Counted from the stretch's first letter, positions 9,238-18,203 are shown. The stretch: 64,000 bases of DNA from Longimicrobiales bacterium (GCA_965238005.1 OZ250165.1:96001-160000); one strand, 5' to 3'. Notes: generated from the letters alone by a model not told the origin. A program made the numbers and translations.

Positions 9238-11385
9238 CTACGGCACCCTACAGGTAGGGCCCACCTCTTCGGCAAGCCCCTGACGGGCGAGCAGGCGAAG
9301 GCGGTAATCTCCTGCAGGGACAGACGTCGGCACCCAGCGCGCCTCCCACACATAGGTTTCGCCCCTCGCTGCGACCGCCCGCACCTGCACCTCCGGACTC
9401 GCATCGTCGGCCAGAAGGCCCCACTGACCGGCGCTCTCCCGCTCGATCTCAACGATTGGGCCGTCCGCGGGGATCAGGGTGCCCGGTCTCAGATCCGTCC
9501 ATCGGACCCGTACTTCATCCCCCCCGCAGGCCACGTCGAGTACCTCTCTGCGGAAGCCCACGGGAATCGGCCGGGGCGCCCAAAAGTGAGTGGGGCTTGC
9601 CGCGTGGAACGCCAGGGCGTGGTCCACGCGGACGGTCGGACTCCCGCTTCGAAGGCTTGCGGCCAGTTGACCCAACTCCTCTGCGAGCATTTCCGCCGTA
9701 TTGGGCCCGTACAAGGTCGAGCCCCCCTCGTAATATTGCGCTTCGTATTCTTGCGCGCTGGCGACGTAGCTCCCGTAGCCGTTCGCCAGACCGACCGCGA
9801 GGGCACGATCGACGCCGGCCGGCCCGCTCCCAAGGATCCTTTCCCGGATGAGCGCGCCGACCTCGGTGGTCGGCTCGACCGGCACCGATCCGATCAAAAC
9901 GTCACCGACCCTGTACACGCCGAGATGAAAAACTTGAGGCAGCGTGTATTCCTTGATCAAGACACCGAGCTGGACCTTTTTATGCCCGAAGCAGCCCTCG
10001 GGCGTAGCTCGTGCGGCCGATCCGCCCTCTACGAAGTTCAGACTGAAGAAGAACACACGCTGCTTCCACGTACGGATATAGCCCTTCTCCGCGCCACCCA
10101 CCCCCGATGCACCGATGCGGGGGGGCCAACAGATCTGATGCGGTCCCGTGTAGGTACGGAGGTTCACGGTAGTGAACGCGCGACCGATGGACAGCTCCGA
10201 CGAGAGACCGGCGGCGGCGCGGTCGAAGATCCCCGCTGCTCGACCTCCGAGGGCCCAGGCCAGCGAGTCCACCTCGAGCCGGGTCTCGTCGAGGCACGAC
10301 TCGACCTCGGCCAGCGGTGCCCGCCACGCTTCAGGAGCCGGAAGCGTTCTCGGACCGGAGGGCCGGCGCTCGGGAAGGAAGCGGTAATACCTGCACGGAA
10401 CCGGGTCCCGTAGATTCGCGCCCACGTCGCCGTGGGCACCCTGGGCGATGAGGAAATAGGCGGACCCTCCGGCGGCCGAGCCTGCCGCACCGCTCCGGGC
10501 CCTGCGGATATGATCCTCGACCGCCCGGGCGATCACGCCGTGGATGTCGGCGTCGAAGAGATTGTTGGACGCCGGGATGTTGCTGCTGTGGATGGCGAAC
10601 ACGCCGTAGGCGCCCCGAGGCGCACAGTTCTCCCACTGCAGGTCCCAGCGATCTACGCGGAAAAGCGCGAAGGTGGAATCGACCGCTTGCTGATCCAAGG
10701 GGCGTGCCACACCGGGATTGACCGTCACCCGCGGAGACGTGTTCCGCTCGTACGCCTCGTAGCTCCGGTTGTACGTGAAGTCCCAGACCGGCTCGAAGCG
10801 CCAACCCGCTTCGGCGGGTTGCAGATCCGAAGCAGCATCCTCTATCGCACCGGCGATCCCGTCGATCAAGAAATCCGTGACCACAGGGTCGAAGCCGGCA
10901 AAGCGTCCCGCGTTGGCGTTGTATCCGTCGGCGGCGAAGAAATTCCCCGGACCCGAGTGGGTGTGGGTCGCGGTAAGGAGCAAGCGGTCGGCCCCGATCC
11001 CAGCCCCGGACCGGAGGATTCGATCGGCTACTCTGCGATGAAGGACGAGCGAGACCATTCCGAGATCGACGACCACCAGCGCCAAGCGCTCCCCCGAGTC
11101 ATCCTCCAAGACGATGGCCCGCGCGTACAGCCGTTGCCGAAAGCCCACCGCCTGCCGGCTGTCGGCAGAGAAGGCACTCATGCCCACGCCCGGCGGTGGG
11201 GTGATGTCTTGGGTAGCGAATCCGGCGCGGAGGCCGCCCGGCACAGGCCCGGCCGGCGGACCGGTGGGCGACGGAGACACCGGCCGTGGCAACGCCGTCT
11301 CCTCGATGGACGCACACCCGCCGAGCCCCAGCGCCGCCATGACCACCAGACCCCTGATCGTCTTCCCCCTTACAAATCTCGACAT
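9238..11385 (-). CDS. Neutral/alkaline ceramidase-family lipoprotein
   Basis: QRLYARA, TATHTHSGP, QGAHGDV, GLANGYGSY, YEAQYYEGGSTLYG; lipobox LGGC after hydrophobic stretch; GGAG RBS. Confidence 0.85.
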   Translation of the reverse strand: MSRFVRGKTIRGLVVMAALGLGGCASIEETALPRPVSPSPTGPPAGPVPGGLRAGFATQDITPPPGVGMSAFSADSRQAVGFRQRLYARAIVLEDDSGERLALVVVDLGMVSLVLHRRVADRILRSGAGIGADRLLLTATHTHSGPGNFFAADGYNANAGRFAGFDPVVTDFLIDGIAGAIEDAASDLQPAEAGWRFEPVWDFTYNRSYEAYERNTSPRVTVNPGVARPLDQQAVDSTFALFRVDRWDLQWENCAPRGAYGVFAIHSSNIPASNNLFDADIHGVIARAVEDHIRRARSGAAGSAAGGSAYFLIAQGAHGDVGANLRDPVPCRYYRFLPERRPSGPRTLPAPEAWRAPLAEVESCLDETRLEVDSLAWALGGRAAGIFDRAAAGLSSELSIGRAFTTVNLRTYTGPHQICWPPRIGASGVGGAEKGYIRTWKQRVFFFSLNFVEGGSAARATPEGCFGHKKVQLGVLIKEYTLPQVFHLGVYRVGDVLIGSVPVEPTTEVGALIRERILGSGPAGVDRALAVGLANGYGSYVASAQEYEAQYYEGGSTLYGPNTAEMLAEELGQLAASLRSGSPTVRVDHALAFHAASPTHFWAPRPIPVGFRREVLDVACGGDEVRVRWTDLRPGTLIPADGPIVEIERESAGQWGLLADDASPEVQVRAVAARGETYVWEARWVPTSVPAGDYRLRLLARQGLAEEVGPTCRVP

Positions 11386-12242
11386 AGCTCCCTCTCCGGA
11401 CGGCAACGAGGAAGGGTGAAGCGCAGCCCCAGGCCCCACCACCACCGAGTCCGGTCGACGGGCCCGCCGACACGCACTCCAGATCGTCTCGTTTCCGGGT
11501 CCAGGCCCCGGACCCAGTGGGAATCGAGCGTAAGCGAAGCCATGAGTGGACCCACCGGAACCGGCAGAAGCGTCGTGCGAAGCGAGACGTCGACGTGCGT
11601 GAAGCCCCGGTCTTCGAAGACGTAGTCGGAAGGACCGGTGTCACCGACACGGCGTTCCTGCCCCAGGGCGATCCCACTCCGGCCCTCGAGAAAAATCGAT
11701 CCGATGGGCACGACCAGTCCCGCCCAAACCGGGATCTGCAGCGTGGCGGCGACTTCCCCATAGGCTCCGCCGACCCGGTCGAGGTACCAGTAGACGGTCG
11801 CTTCGCCGATCAAGGGAGCCCCTGGCATGGCACCTCTCGCACCGGCATACGCCTCCCAGGTATCCCCTCTCCTGAGGACGGTCCCAGGCTCTGGACTTCG
11901 GAAGGAGTATCCGGTTAGCCCCACTACCAACTGGCCTCGGTCCCCACCGAGAGAGGCCCCGATCCATGGGTTCGTCTCGAAGGCCCAGCGCTCCGGAAGG
12001 CCGGCCGGCCCCTCGGACGACAGATCCGTGAGTGACCAAATACCCACGGTCAGCATCAGGTCACGCCATACAAGGGACCCGTATACGGAATGCTGGGCGT
12101 TGAGGCCCGGATCCAACTGCAGCCCCCTCCATTCGTAGCGGCTCGCCAGCTCGAGGTCCGCCTCGAGCGCCCACTGTTGTGAGAACACTGCGGTCGGTGA
12201 AATGACGAAGGAGAGAACTGTAGCGGTCCACAGGACCTTCAA
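11370..12242 (-). CDS. Putative outer-membrane beta-barrel protein
   Basis: TTG start overlapping upstream stop; signal peptide LKVLWTATVLSFVISPTAVFS; SRYEWRG; alternating beta strands; WWWGLGLRF near C-terminus. Confidence 0.65.
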   Translation of the reverse strand: MKVLWTATVLSFVISPTAVFSQQWALEADLELASRYEWRGLQLDPGLNAQHSVYGSLVWRDLMLTVGIWSLTDLSSEGPAGLPERWAFETNPWIGASLGGDRGQLVVGLTGYSFRSPEPGTVLRRGDTWEAYAGARGAMPGAPLIGEATVYWYLDRVGGAYGEVAATLQIPVWAGLVVPIGSIFLEGRSGIALGQERRVGDTGPSDYVFEDRGFTHVDVSLRTTLLPVPVGPLMASLTLDSHWVRGLDPETRRSGVRVGGPVDRTRWWWGLGLRFTLPRCRPERELCRDL

Positions 12243-12710
12243 TGGAAGGGTCCGCCCAGAACGAGTCGGAAGGTCGAAGCGCGGCTTCCGACGCGATAGC
12301 TCATGCCGATCCGGGGTATCGCGAGCCCGACGACCTTCCAGGGAGTCATCGTTCCGAACGTGACGCCGAACTCCCATTGCACGTCGACCGAGAGCGGCTT
12401 GCCGTAGAAGCGAATGAGCTCCGGACTCACGAAGTACAGGTAGTTCATGACGAACAGCCCGCCGTCCACCTGGTGGCCTCCGACGGAGAAGCCGAGCGAG
12501 TGCCTTGCATCCAAGCCTGACTCGAGGCCTCTGAAGTCGTCGCCGAACTCGAAATCGGACGTCGTGTATCCCGTGTAGAACAAACGATTGCCCAGGTACA
12601 GATCGACGCTTCGCCAGTCGAAGGTCGCGAGGCTGCGAACGCCTCCGGCGAAGATGTAGTTGACTCGATCGGCCGAGAAATCGCGACCGACACCCGCAGC
12701 GGCGAAGGAC
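12239..12710 (-). pseudogene. C-terminal fragment of a beta-barrel-like protein
   Basis: ...QWEFGVTFGT...PRIGMSYRVG...FRLVLGGPFH*; stop coupled to next gene; no N-terminus. Confidence 0.55.
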
Positions 12711-12711
12711 T

Positions 12712-13406
12712 GCGAAAGCACGTAAATGAGCGCTGCCAAAATGGTACAAATGGTCCGCGAACAGAATATCGTAGCTCGGAACGTCTTGGGTGGGTTGAGA
12801 AAGTATCAGCCAACCCTCTGGCCGGAGCAGGTCACGGCATTTCCGAAAGCATTGAAGTGGGGATAGCAGGTGCTCGATCACGGCGATGGAATAGACCACA
12901 TCGTACGGTTGGTCCTCCCAGTCCTCAAACGCGGCATTGTGAACCCGGAGTCCTCGGCTTTTCGCGCTTTCGCTCGCCTGCGTTCCCAATTCGATGCCTT
13001 CAAATTCAGCATCGGGCAGGCGCTTCTGCAGGGCTTCCAGGAGGTAGCCGCCGCCCGCGCCTATTTCCAGACATCTTCGCGCGGTAGCGAAGCGCTGGGC
13101 GGTAAACACTTCGATGATCCACTCGGCAAAGACTTCGCTTCTCGTCACGGTCCCGTTGGAAACATAGAACAGGTGATCATGAAGCCCGCTCGAGTACGAT
13201 TCCTCGTAGTAAGAATCAAGATCCATGCGGAGACGCTCGGCGCTGCGCACGAGTCCGCAGACCGTGCACTCGATCTTGACGAGAGGCTGCTCGATTACCC
13301 TGCGATCCGAAAGCATCGATCTATCCAGATCGGATCGGAAGACAGTGTTCGAATCTTGATTGCCGCAGAGATCGCAGCGAGCAAGGCTTTCAAGAGCTGA
13401 GCGCAT
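12712..13406 (-). pseudogene. Class I SAM methyltransferase with N-terminal Zn-ribbon, C-terminally truncated
   Basis: CDLC...CTVCGL, LEIGAGGG, GIE, YDVVYSIAVIEH, DHLYHF; protein-like character ends after HLRAFA. Confidence 0.75.
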
Positions 13407-13584
13407 TGTGCTGTTGGTTCCGAGAACTCACTGGGGATCCATGATCCGACCGTGTGGCGACCCACATCGAGCCGCTCTTCGGCGCGGTAGAGATGGGTCG
13501 CTGTGCAGTCGTCAACGGGCCTGTCTAGTGGAGCGCCATGGCTTACCCCCTGCCCTTCTCGCGGTTGCCGGCCTCAGGCATCAC

Positions 13585-13839
13585 TCAGGCCGGATCCCAC
13601 TCGATGTTGTAACGCTCGTAGGCATCGCGCACTACTAGCCTTGCCTGCTCGTCGCATAGACGATCTGAGCGATCCTCGTATAAGACGCGGTACTCGAGGT
13701 CCCAGTTAGGTCCGGACGGCCCCTTCTCCATACGCCACAAATCACCCACGATCTCGGCGCCTTCGCATTCTGGCGACTGGCGAAGCCCTTCGTTCAGGAT
13801 CTCAAGCAAGTGCTGCTCTGTGACTACTTCACGCTCCAT
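13585..13839 (-). CDS. Small hypothetical protein
   Basis: GGGAGA RBS then MEREVVTEQHLLEILNEGLRQSPECEGAEIV...YERYNIEWDPA*. Confidence 0.65.
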   Translation of the reverse strand: MEREVVTEQHLLEILNEGLRQSPECEGAEIVGDLWRMEKGPSGPNWDLEYRVLYEDRSDRLCDEQARLVVRDAYERYNIEWDPA

Positions 13840-13890
13840 GGCGTTTCTCCCGTGCTTCGGGCGGTTGCCGGCTTCAGCCACCTGCTTCGT

Positions 13891-14311
13891 TCACTCTCTT
13901 CGCCTGATCGAGCAGCGCCTCGAGCTCCTCGTCGGTGAAGCTACTTAGGTCGGCCTGGCGGTCCAGCTGCGCGGTGCCCAACCTCGCTCCGTGTGCGTCG
14001 TAGTGAGAAATGAATAGAAGGCTGCCCGGACGGCCACGAGCCGCTGGAAGAGACCCTCGATTGCTTCCAGGCGACGGTCATGGAATCGGGCGAACCGAGT
14101 CTCACGCTCGTGGGCTTCCACTCGGAGGTCCGCCCTCAACCGTTCCATCTCCGTCGAGTAGCTGCTCCGGACTGCCTCGATCTCCCGCGTGATTTCCGCA
14201 ATGTCTTCCTTCGTCGCCAGGTTTTTCCCCTTTTCGCGCAGGTATCCGGGGAGGAACTCCCGGACGACCAGGCCGGCGAGAAAGGCCGGCGGCTACTGTT
14301 AGCCAACTCAC
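13891..14311 (-). pseudogene. Frameshifted/fused hypothetical membrane-anchored coiled-coil gene remnants
   Basis: VSWLTVAA(frameshift)FLAGLVVREFLPGYLREKGKNLATKEDIAEITREIEAVR...; different-frame tail DLSSFTDEELEALLDQAKRE*. Confidence 0.55.
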
Positions 14312-14620
14312 GACCAGTTACCCCTCCAACTCCTCTGCCAAACTCACGAGCTCCGGCGGCTCGGGAGCGGGCCAGATGCGGTACGCGAAGTACGTCCTGG
14401 TTCGGGCGGTTACCGGCTTCACCCATTGCCCTCTCAACTCCCCCTCACGGCCAGACGGATATCGCTCCATAAGATGCGCTCAAGCTATTGGTGACGCTGA
14501 GGTTGGGCGATGGCTGGTTGGGACTGATGCGAAGGCCGACTAGTTCTCCAGTTTGCCGACGATCACCACGCCTTCCACGAAGATGCGAAGCCAGGGCGTG
14601 TGGGGTTGCAAGCGTCTCTG

Positions 14621-15511
14621 TCAGCCGTCGAGTTGACGGTACCACTTCGCGATTCCCTCACCGATTTCATGAGGATGGTCCTCCTGCAAATAATGGATTC
14701 CATCCCCCAGGTCGACCGAGGTCAGGTTTGACAGGACCGACCTGCACATCTCCACGGCGGTGGGTGGCATGATCGCACCGGGTGTCGCGTGAAAAAGGAT
14801 CTTGGGTAGGATCGACTGCTGTAGCCAGGTGAAGTTGGCGGCGACGGCTTCAGCGGTGTCCGGCGGCTCGCCCGCGATCGGGAGCTCGTTCGGCCAGCGC
14901 CAGACGGGCTTTCTGTCGGCGGGATCGAGAAACGGCTCCCGATAGACGTTCATCTCTTCTTCGGACAGGTCCCGCACGATGGCTCCGGGTAGGATGCCCT
15001 CCACGAACATGTTCTGATTCACGAGCATATCCCATCCGACCTCAGGCAAGCGAAATCCGCGGAAGACTTCCGCGAAGTCGGCCGGAAACTCTTCCCAGCT
15101 CGGAACCGCAGAGAGCACCGGCTCCATCATCGCGATGGCCTTGATGTTGGATGGATTCTGTCTGGCGTAGAAAAGGCCGAGTCCGGCACCCCAGTCGTGA
15201 ATCACCAGCGTGATGTTCTCCAGGCCCAGCGCCTCGATGAACCCGGACAGATATCGCGCGTGGTCGAAGAACCGGTAGTCTATGTCGGGCTTGTCGGACT
15301 TGCCGAATCCTATGAGATCGGGCGCGATGCAGCGCCCGAGGTCGCTCACATGCGGGATGACATTCCGCCATAGGTATGACGACGTGGGCTGCCCGTGAAG
15401 AAACAGAATTGGATCGCCGGAACCCTCCTCGACATAGTGCATCCTCGACCCGAGGACGTCGACATATTTGGACTCGAACGGAAACGCGGCGGAGATCTCG
15501 GGGGTGGTCAT
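14621..15511 (-). CDS. dhaA: Haloalkane dehalogenase (HLD-II, DhaA-like)
   Basis: FLHGQPTSSYLWRNVIP, APDLIGFGKSDKP, IHDWG nucleophile, WRWPNELPIAGEP, GIHYLQEDHP; GAAGGAG RBS. Confidence 0.9.
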   Translation of the reverse strand: MTTPEISAAFPFESKYVDVLGSRMHYVEEGSGDPILFLHGQPTSSYLWRNVIPHVSDLGRCIAPDLIGFGKSDKPDIDYRFFDHARYLSGFIEALGLENITLVIHDWGAGLGLFYARQNPSNIKAIAMMEPVLSAVPSWEEFPADFAEVFRGFRLPEVGWDMLVNQNMFVEGILPGAIVRDLSEEEMNVYREPFLDPADRKPVWRWPNELPIAGEPPDTAEAVAANFTWLQQSILPKILFHATPGAIMPPTAVEMCRSVLSNLTSVDLGDGIHYLQEDHPHEIGEGIAKWYRQLDG

Positions 15512-15713
15512 CGGCAATACTCCTTCGTGCCATTCTGGTGGGCTGATCCTTACGGCCAACCCGTTGTGAGCTCCTGACAGAAAACGGCGCTATCAGACCG
15601 AGGTCAACATCCGAGAGCGGTGCGGTAGGCGCAAGCGACCCTACGGATTGCCCCGTTCCCCACTCACCCGCATTCTTCCCGAGTTACGCTGGCCATTGAA
15701 GGAGTCTGGTAGA

Positions 15714-15974
15714 GTGCGTGGCTTCTTGCCTGCTGGGCAGACCGAACTAAACATCCTCGTCGTTGGCGCAGGAATCGGTGCCGCCATCGGACTTCCGAAG
15801 GCGGGTCTGACCGGGCTTCTGGTCGGTGCCGTTCTCGGCTCTGGCGTGATGTTTCTACTGCTCTTCGGCTTCATCGGTGTCTGGGTTGAGTGGGTGGTGG
15901 CGCGCTTGATGACCGTTGTCACTCGCCGGGGCCACCAATCACCTGATGAAGATGCGGCGCACCCTGACGACTGA
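15714..15974 (+). CDS. Small hypothetical membrane protein
   Basis: GAAGGAG RBS + GTG; two Gly-rich hydrophobic segments. Confidence 0.55.
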   Translation: MRGFLPAGQTELNILVVGAGIGAAIGLPKAGLTGLLVGAVLGSGVMFLLLFGFIGVWVEWVVARLMTVVTRRGHQSPDEDAAHPDD

Positions 15975-16135
15975 GGCTGGCCAGATCAACACTGCTAGAT
16001 ACCTAGTCGAATGAGGTGTGTGCAAGAACGGATGCAGAAAGGGTGCGAAACCCATGCTTCGAGCTTCGCACCCCATGCCATGAAAGCCGCTTAGTTACGC
16101 CAGATCTGCCAAAAGCGGCCCCCAGCGGAGCAGGC

Positions 16136-16175
16136 GTGTAAACCAGGCGCTCTGAACCAACTGAGCTAACCGCCC
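16136..16175 (-). tRNA. 5' half of tRNA-Val(TAC), truncated after the anticodon loop (probable att remnant)
   Basis: GGGCGGTTAGCTCAGTTGGTTCAGAGCGCCTGG-TTTACAC, then non-tRNA sequence; expected CCAGG, T-arm and acceptor 3' strand absent. Confidence 0.85.
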
Positions 16176-16371
16176 GTAGGGCCTGAAAACCCAACACCGC
16201 CGCCCCTGGGGTGGCAGACGACGACGACGTCGTCCACGCACCCATCGATCAGGCTCCCCTCAGGGCGCACTTCGGCGTGCGCAGGTCACCACAAAACGGG
16301 TAGCGCCCGGCCGGCCGCCAGCGCATCTTCAAGGTTTGTAAGGCATCCGCGAGCACAACCCGAGATCTGTC

Positions 16372-17727
16372 ATGGAAACTCTGAAGTCCTACAACCCGGC
16401 CAACGGCGAGCTGTTCGGCGAAGTCCCAGTCACTTCCGCGGACGACATCCCCGCAGTCGTGGACCGCGCGCGTGCAGCCCAGCCGGCGTGGGAGGCCCTG
16501 GGCCACGATGGGCGGGCCCGCCTATTGGCAAAGGCCGCCGAGACGTTCGCCGAGCGAGCCGAAGACCTGGGAAGGCTCATCACGGAGGAGATGGGTAAGC
16601 CCCTGGCCGAGGGGATCGGAGAGGCCAAGTCTCTGGCCTCGGTGCAAGAAGAGCTGGAGGAGATCGGTGAAGCCCTCGCCCCCGAGGTCTTCGATGACGG
16701 CCGGAACCACTCGACGGTGTACCACGACGCCCTCGGCGTGTGCGCGGCGATCACACCGTGGAACTTCCCCATGTCCATGCCCCACTGGATGGTGCTTCCG
16801 GCACTTGCCGCCGGCAACACGGTGATTCTCAAGCCATCGGAAGAGACCCCGCTGTGCGGTCAGGCATACGCCGACGTGCTCAACGCGGCGCTCCCGCCGG
16901 ACGTTCTCCAGGTGGTCCACGGAGCGGACGATCAGGGCAAGCGGCTCGTCGAGAGCGACGTGGACCTCATCGCCTTCACAGGCTCCCGGGAGACCGGCAA
17001 GCACATCCTCCGGTCGGCGAGCGGCGAGCTGAAGCGGGTGATCCTCGAGCTCGGCGGCAAGGATCCCATGGTGGTCCTGGAGAGCGCCGATCTCGAAAAG
17101 GCGGCCAAGTTCGCGGCGTGGAACAGCTTCCGGAACACCGGTCAGGTTTGTGTGAGCACAGAGAGGATATTCGTGCCGGACTCGGTGGCGGATCGCTTCG
17201 AGGCGCTCCTGGTGGAGGCCGGGGAGGCCATGAAACAGGGAGACGGTCTGGATGGGGGGATCAAGGTGGGTCCCATGGTCAACGCCCAACAGCGGGATCA
17301 CGTCCTCGAGCAGCTTGACGAAGCCATCGCCGAAGGCGCCAGGGTCCTCTCAGGCGGTTCAGGCCATCACGACAACTTCGTCACCCCCACCATCCTCACG
17401 GGTGTGAGAGAAGAGATGGCCATCGCCAAGGACGAAACGTTCGGGCCGGTGGCCTGTGTGACGCGTGTGGCGTCGGAGAAAGAAGCCATCGAAAAGGCCA
17501 ACTCCACCCACTTCGGGTTGGGCGCCGTCGTCTTCGGCGAGGACGACGAGCGGACGGCCCAGATAGCCCGCCAGCTCACGGCTGGGATGATCGGGATCAA
17601 CAGGGCCGCAGCAGGTGCGAGAGGCACACCCTGGGTGGGGGCCCGCCAGAGCGGCTACGGCTTCCACAAGTCCAAGGACGGGCACCGCCAGTTCACCCAG
17701 GTGCGGGTCGTCACGAAGCCTGCATGA
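16372..17727 (+). CDS. Aldehyde dehydrogenase family protein
   Basis: ITPWNFP, LKPSEETP, FTGSRETG, LELGGKDP, GQVC, ETFGPV. Confidence 0.93.
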   Translation: METLKSYNPANGELFGEVPVTSADDIPAVVDRARAAQPAWEALGHDGRARLLAKAAETFAERAEDLGRLITEEMGKPLAEGIGEAKSLASVQEELEEIGEALAPEVFDDGRNHSTVYHDALGVCAAITPWNFPMSMPHWMVLPALAAGNTVILKPSEETPLCGQAYADVLNAALPPDVLQVVHGADDQGKRLVESDVDLIAFTGSRETGKHILRSASGELKRVILELGGKDPMVVLESADLEKAAKFAAWNSFRNTGQVCVSTERIFVPDSVADRFEALLVEAGEAMKQGDGLDGGIKVGPMVNAQQRDHVLEQLDEAIAEGARVLSGGSGHHDNFVTPTILTGVREEMAIAKDETFGPVACVTRVASEKEAIEKANSTHFGLGAVVFGEDDERTAQIARQLTAGMIGINRAAAGARGTPWVGARQSGYGFHKSKDGHRQFTQVRVVTKPA

Positions 17728-17780
17728 GGGGACCGCCGAGCCGGCGGCTCGACTGGACAACCTGCGCCCCCGAGCGAGCC

Positions 17781-17851
17781 CTAGTGTTCCGCTGCCAAAG
17801 TTCGCGAGCCACCAAGAGGGTCGGGGCGCCTCGGGATCAAGGCGGGACGAC
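17781..17851. repeat. Truncated copy of MITE-like element B
   Basis: CTAGTGTTCCG...AAGTTCGCGAGCCACCAAGAGGGTCGGGGCGCC...AAGGCGGGACGAC matches 54593-54663. Confidence 0.85.
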
Positions 17852-17868
17852 GCATCCGCCGCCGGATC

Positions 17869-18075
17869 CTACAGGATGATGGCCAGGGGCACGAGGAACA
17901 CATAGCCCACCACCAGGAGGATGGGCGCCCACGTGATGGAGCCCTGGGCGAGAAGCCAGTACGCGAACGTAATGGTGAGCAGGGCACCGACCGCGAAAGC
18001 GAGGTTGATCCCGGAGAACTGGAGGGACGCCTTCCCGACCCCTCCGCTCGATTTCGTGTCGTTCTTCTTGGCCAT
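17869..18075 (-). CDS. Small two-TM membrane protein (DUF3098-like)
   Basis: MAKKND...INLAFAVGALLTITFAYWLLAQGSITWAPILLVVGYVFLVPLAIIL. Confidence 0.75.
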   Translation of the reverse strand: MAKKNDTKSSGGVGKASLQFSGINLAFAVGALLTITFAYWLLAQGSITWAPILLVVGYVFLVPLAIIL

Positions 18076-18082
18076 GACCACG

Positions 18083-18111
18083 ATCCTATTCTCGCCAGAT
18101 CCTCGGGTCAA
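18083..18111 (-). promoter_or_regulatory. Sigma70-type promoter, probably leaderless transcript
   Basis: TTGACC-17 nt-TAGGAT-7 nt-ATG(18075). Confidence 0.5.
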
Positions 18112-18203
18112 CCGACTCATGGTCCTCGGGCGCCGCGCCGACGCAGCGGACGACTGACGGTGACGGCGATGCGCGAGGCCCACCAGACTTGTGTAGAGGT
18201 TCC

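Larger units (their letters stand above)
13555..14426. repeat. Three dispersed direct copies of a 27-bp motif (13555-13581, 13855-13881, 14400-14426)
   Basis: CTTCTCGCGGTTGCCGGCCTCAGGCAT / CTTCGGGCGGTTGCCGGCTTCAGCCAC / GTTCGGGCGGTTACCGGCTTCACCCAT; 22/27 and 23/27 identity to middle copy. Confidence 0.75.

Noticed and set aside
13457..13501. GCGACCCA...TGGGTCGC hairpin resembling MITE A subterminal sequence
   Set aside because: 8-bp GC-rich match only; no terminal IR or other similarity.
14404..14412. GGGCGGTTA in repeat copy 3 equals the first 9 nt of tRNA-Val
   Set aside because: Only 9 nt, GC-rich and on the opposite strand; probably chance.
13555..14426. Integron attC sites or CRISPR array
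   Set aside because: No RYYYAAC...GTTRRRY inverted core or long hairpin; spacings of 300 and 545 bp are far too long for CRISPR; no intI or cas genes.
15980..16175. Intron-containing tRNA-Val
   Set aside because: No 3' exon found in the window; the break follows C38, not the U expected at a group I 5' splice site.
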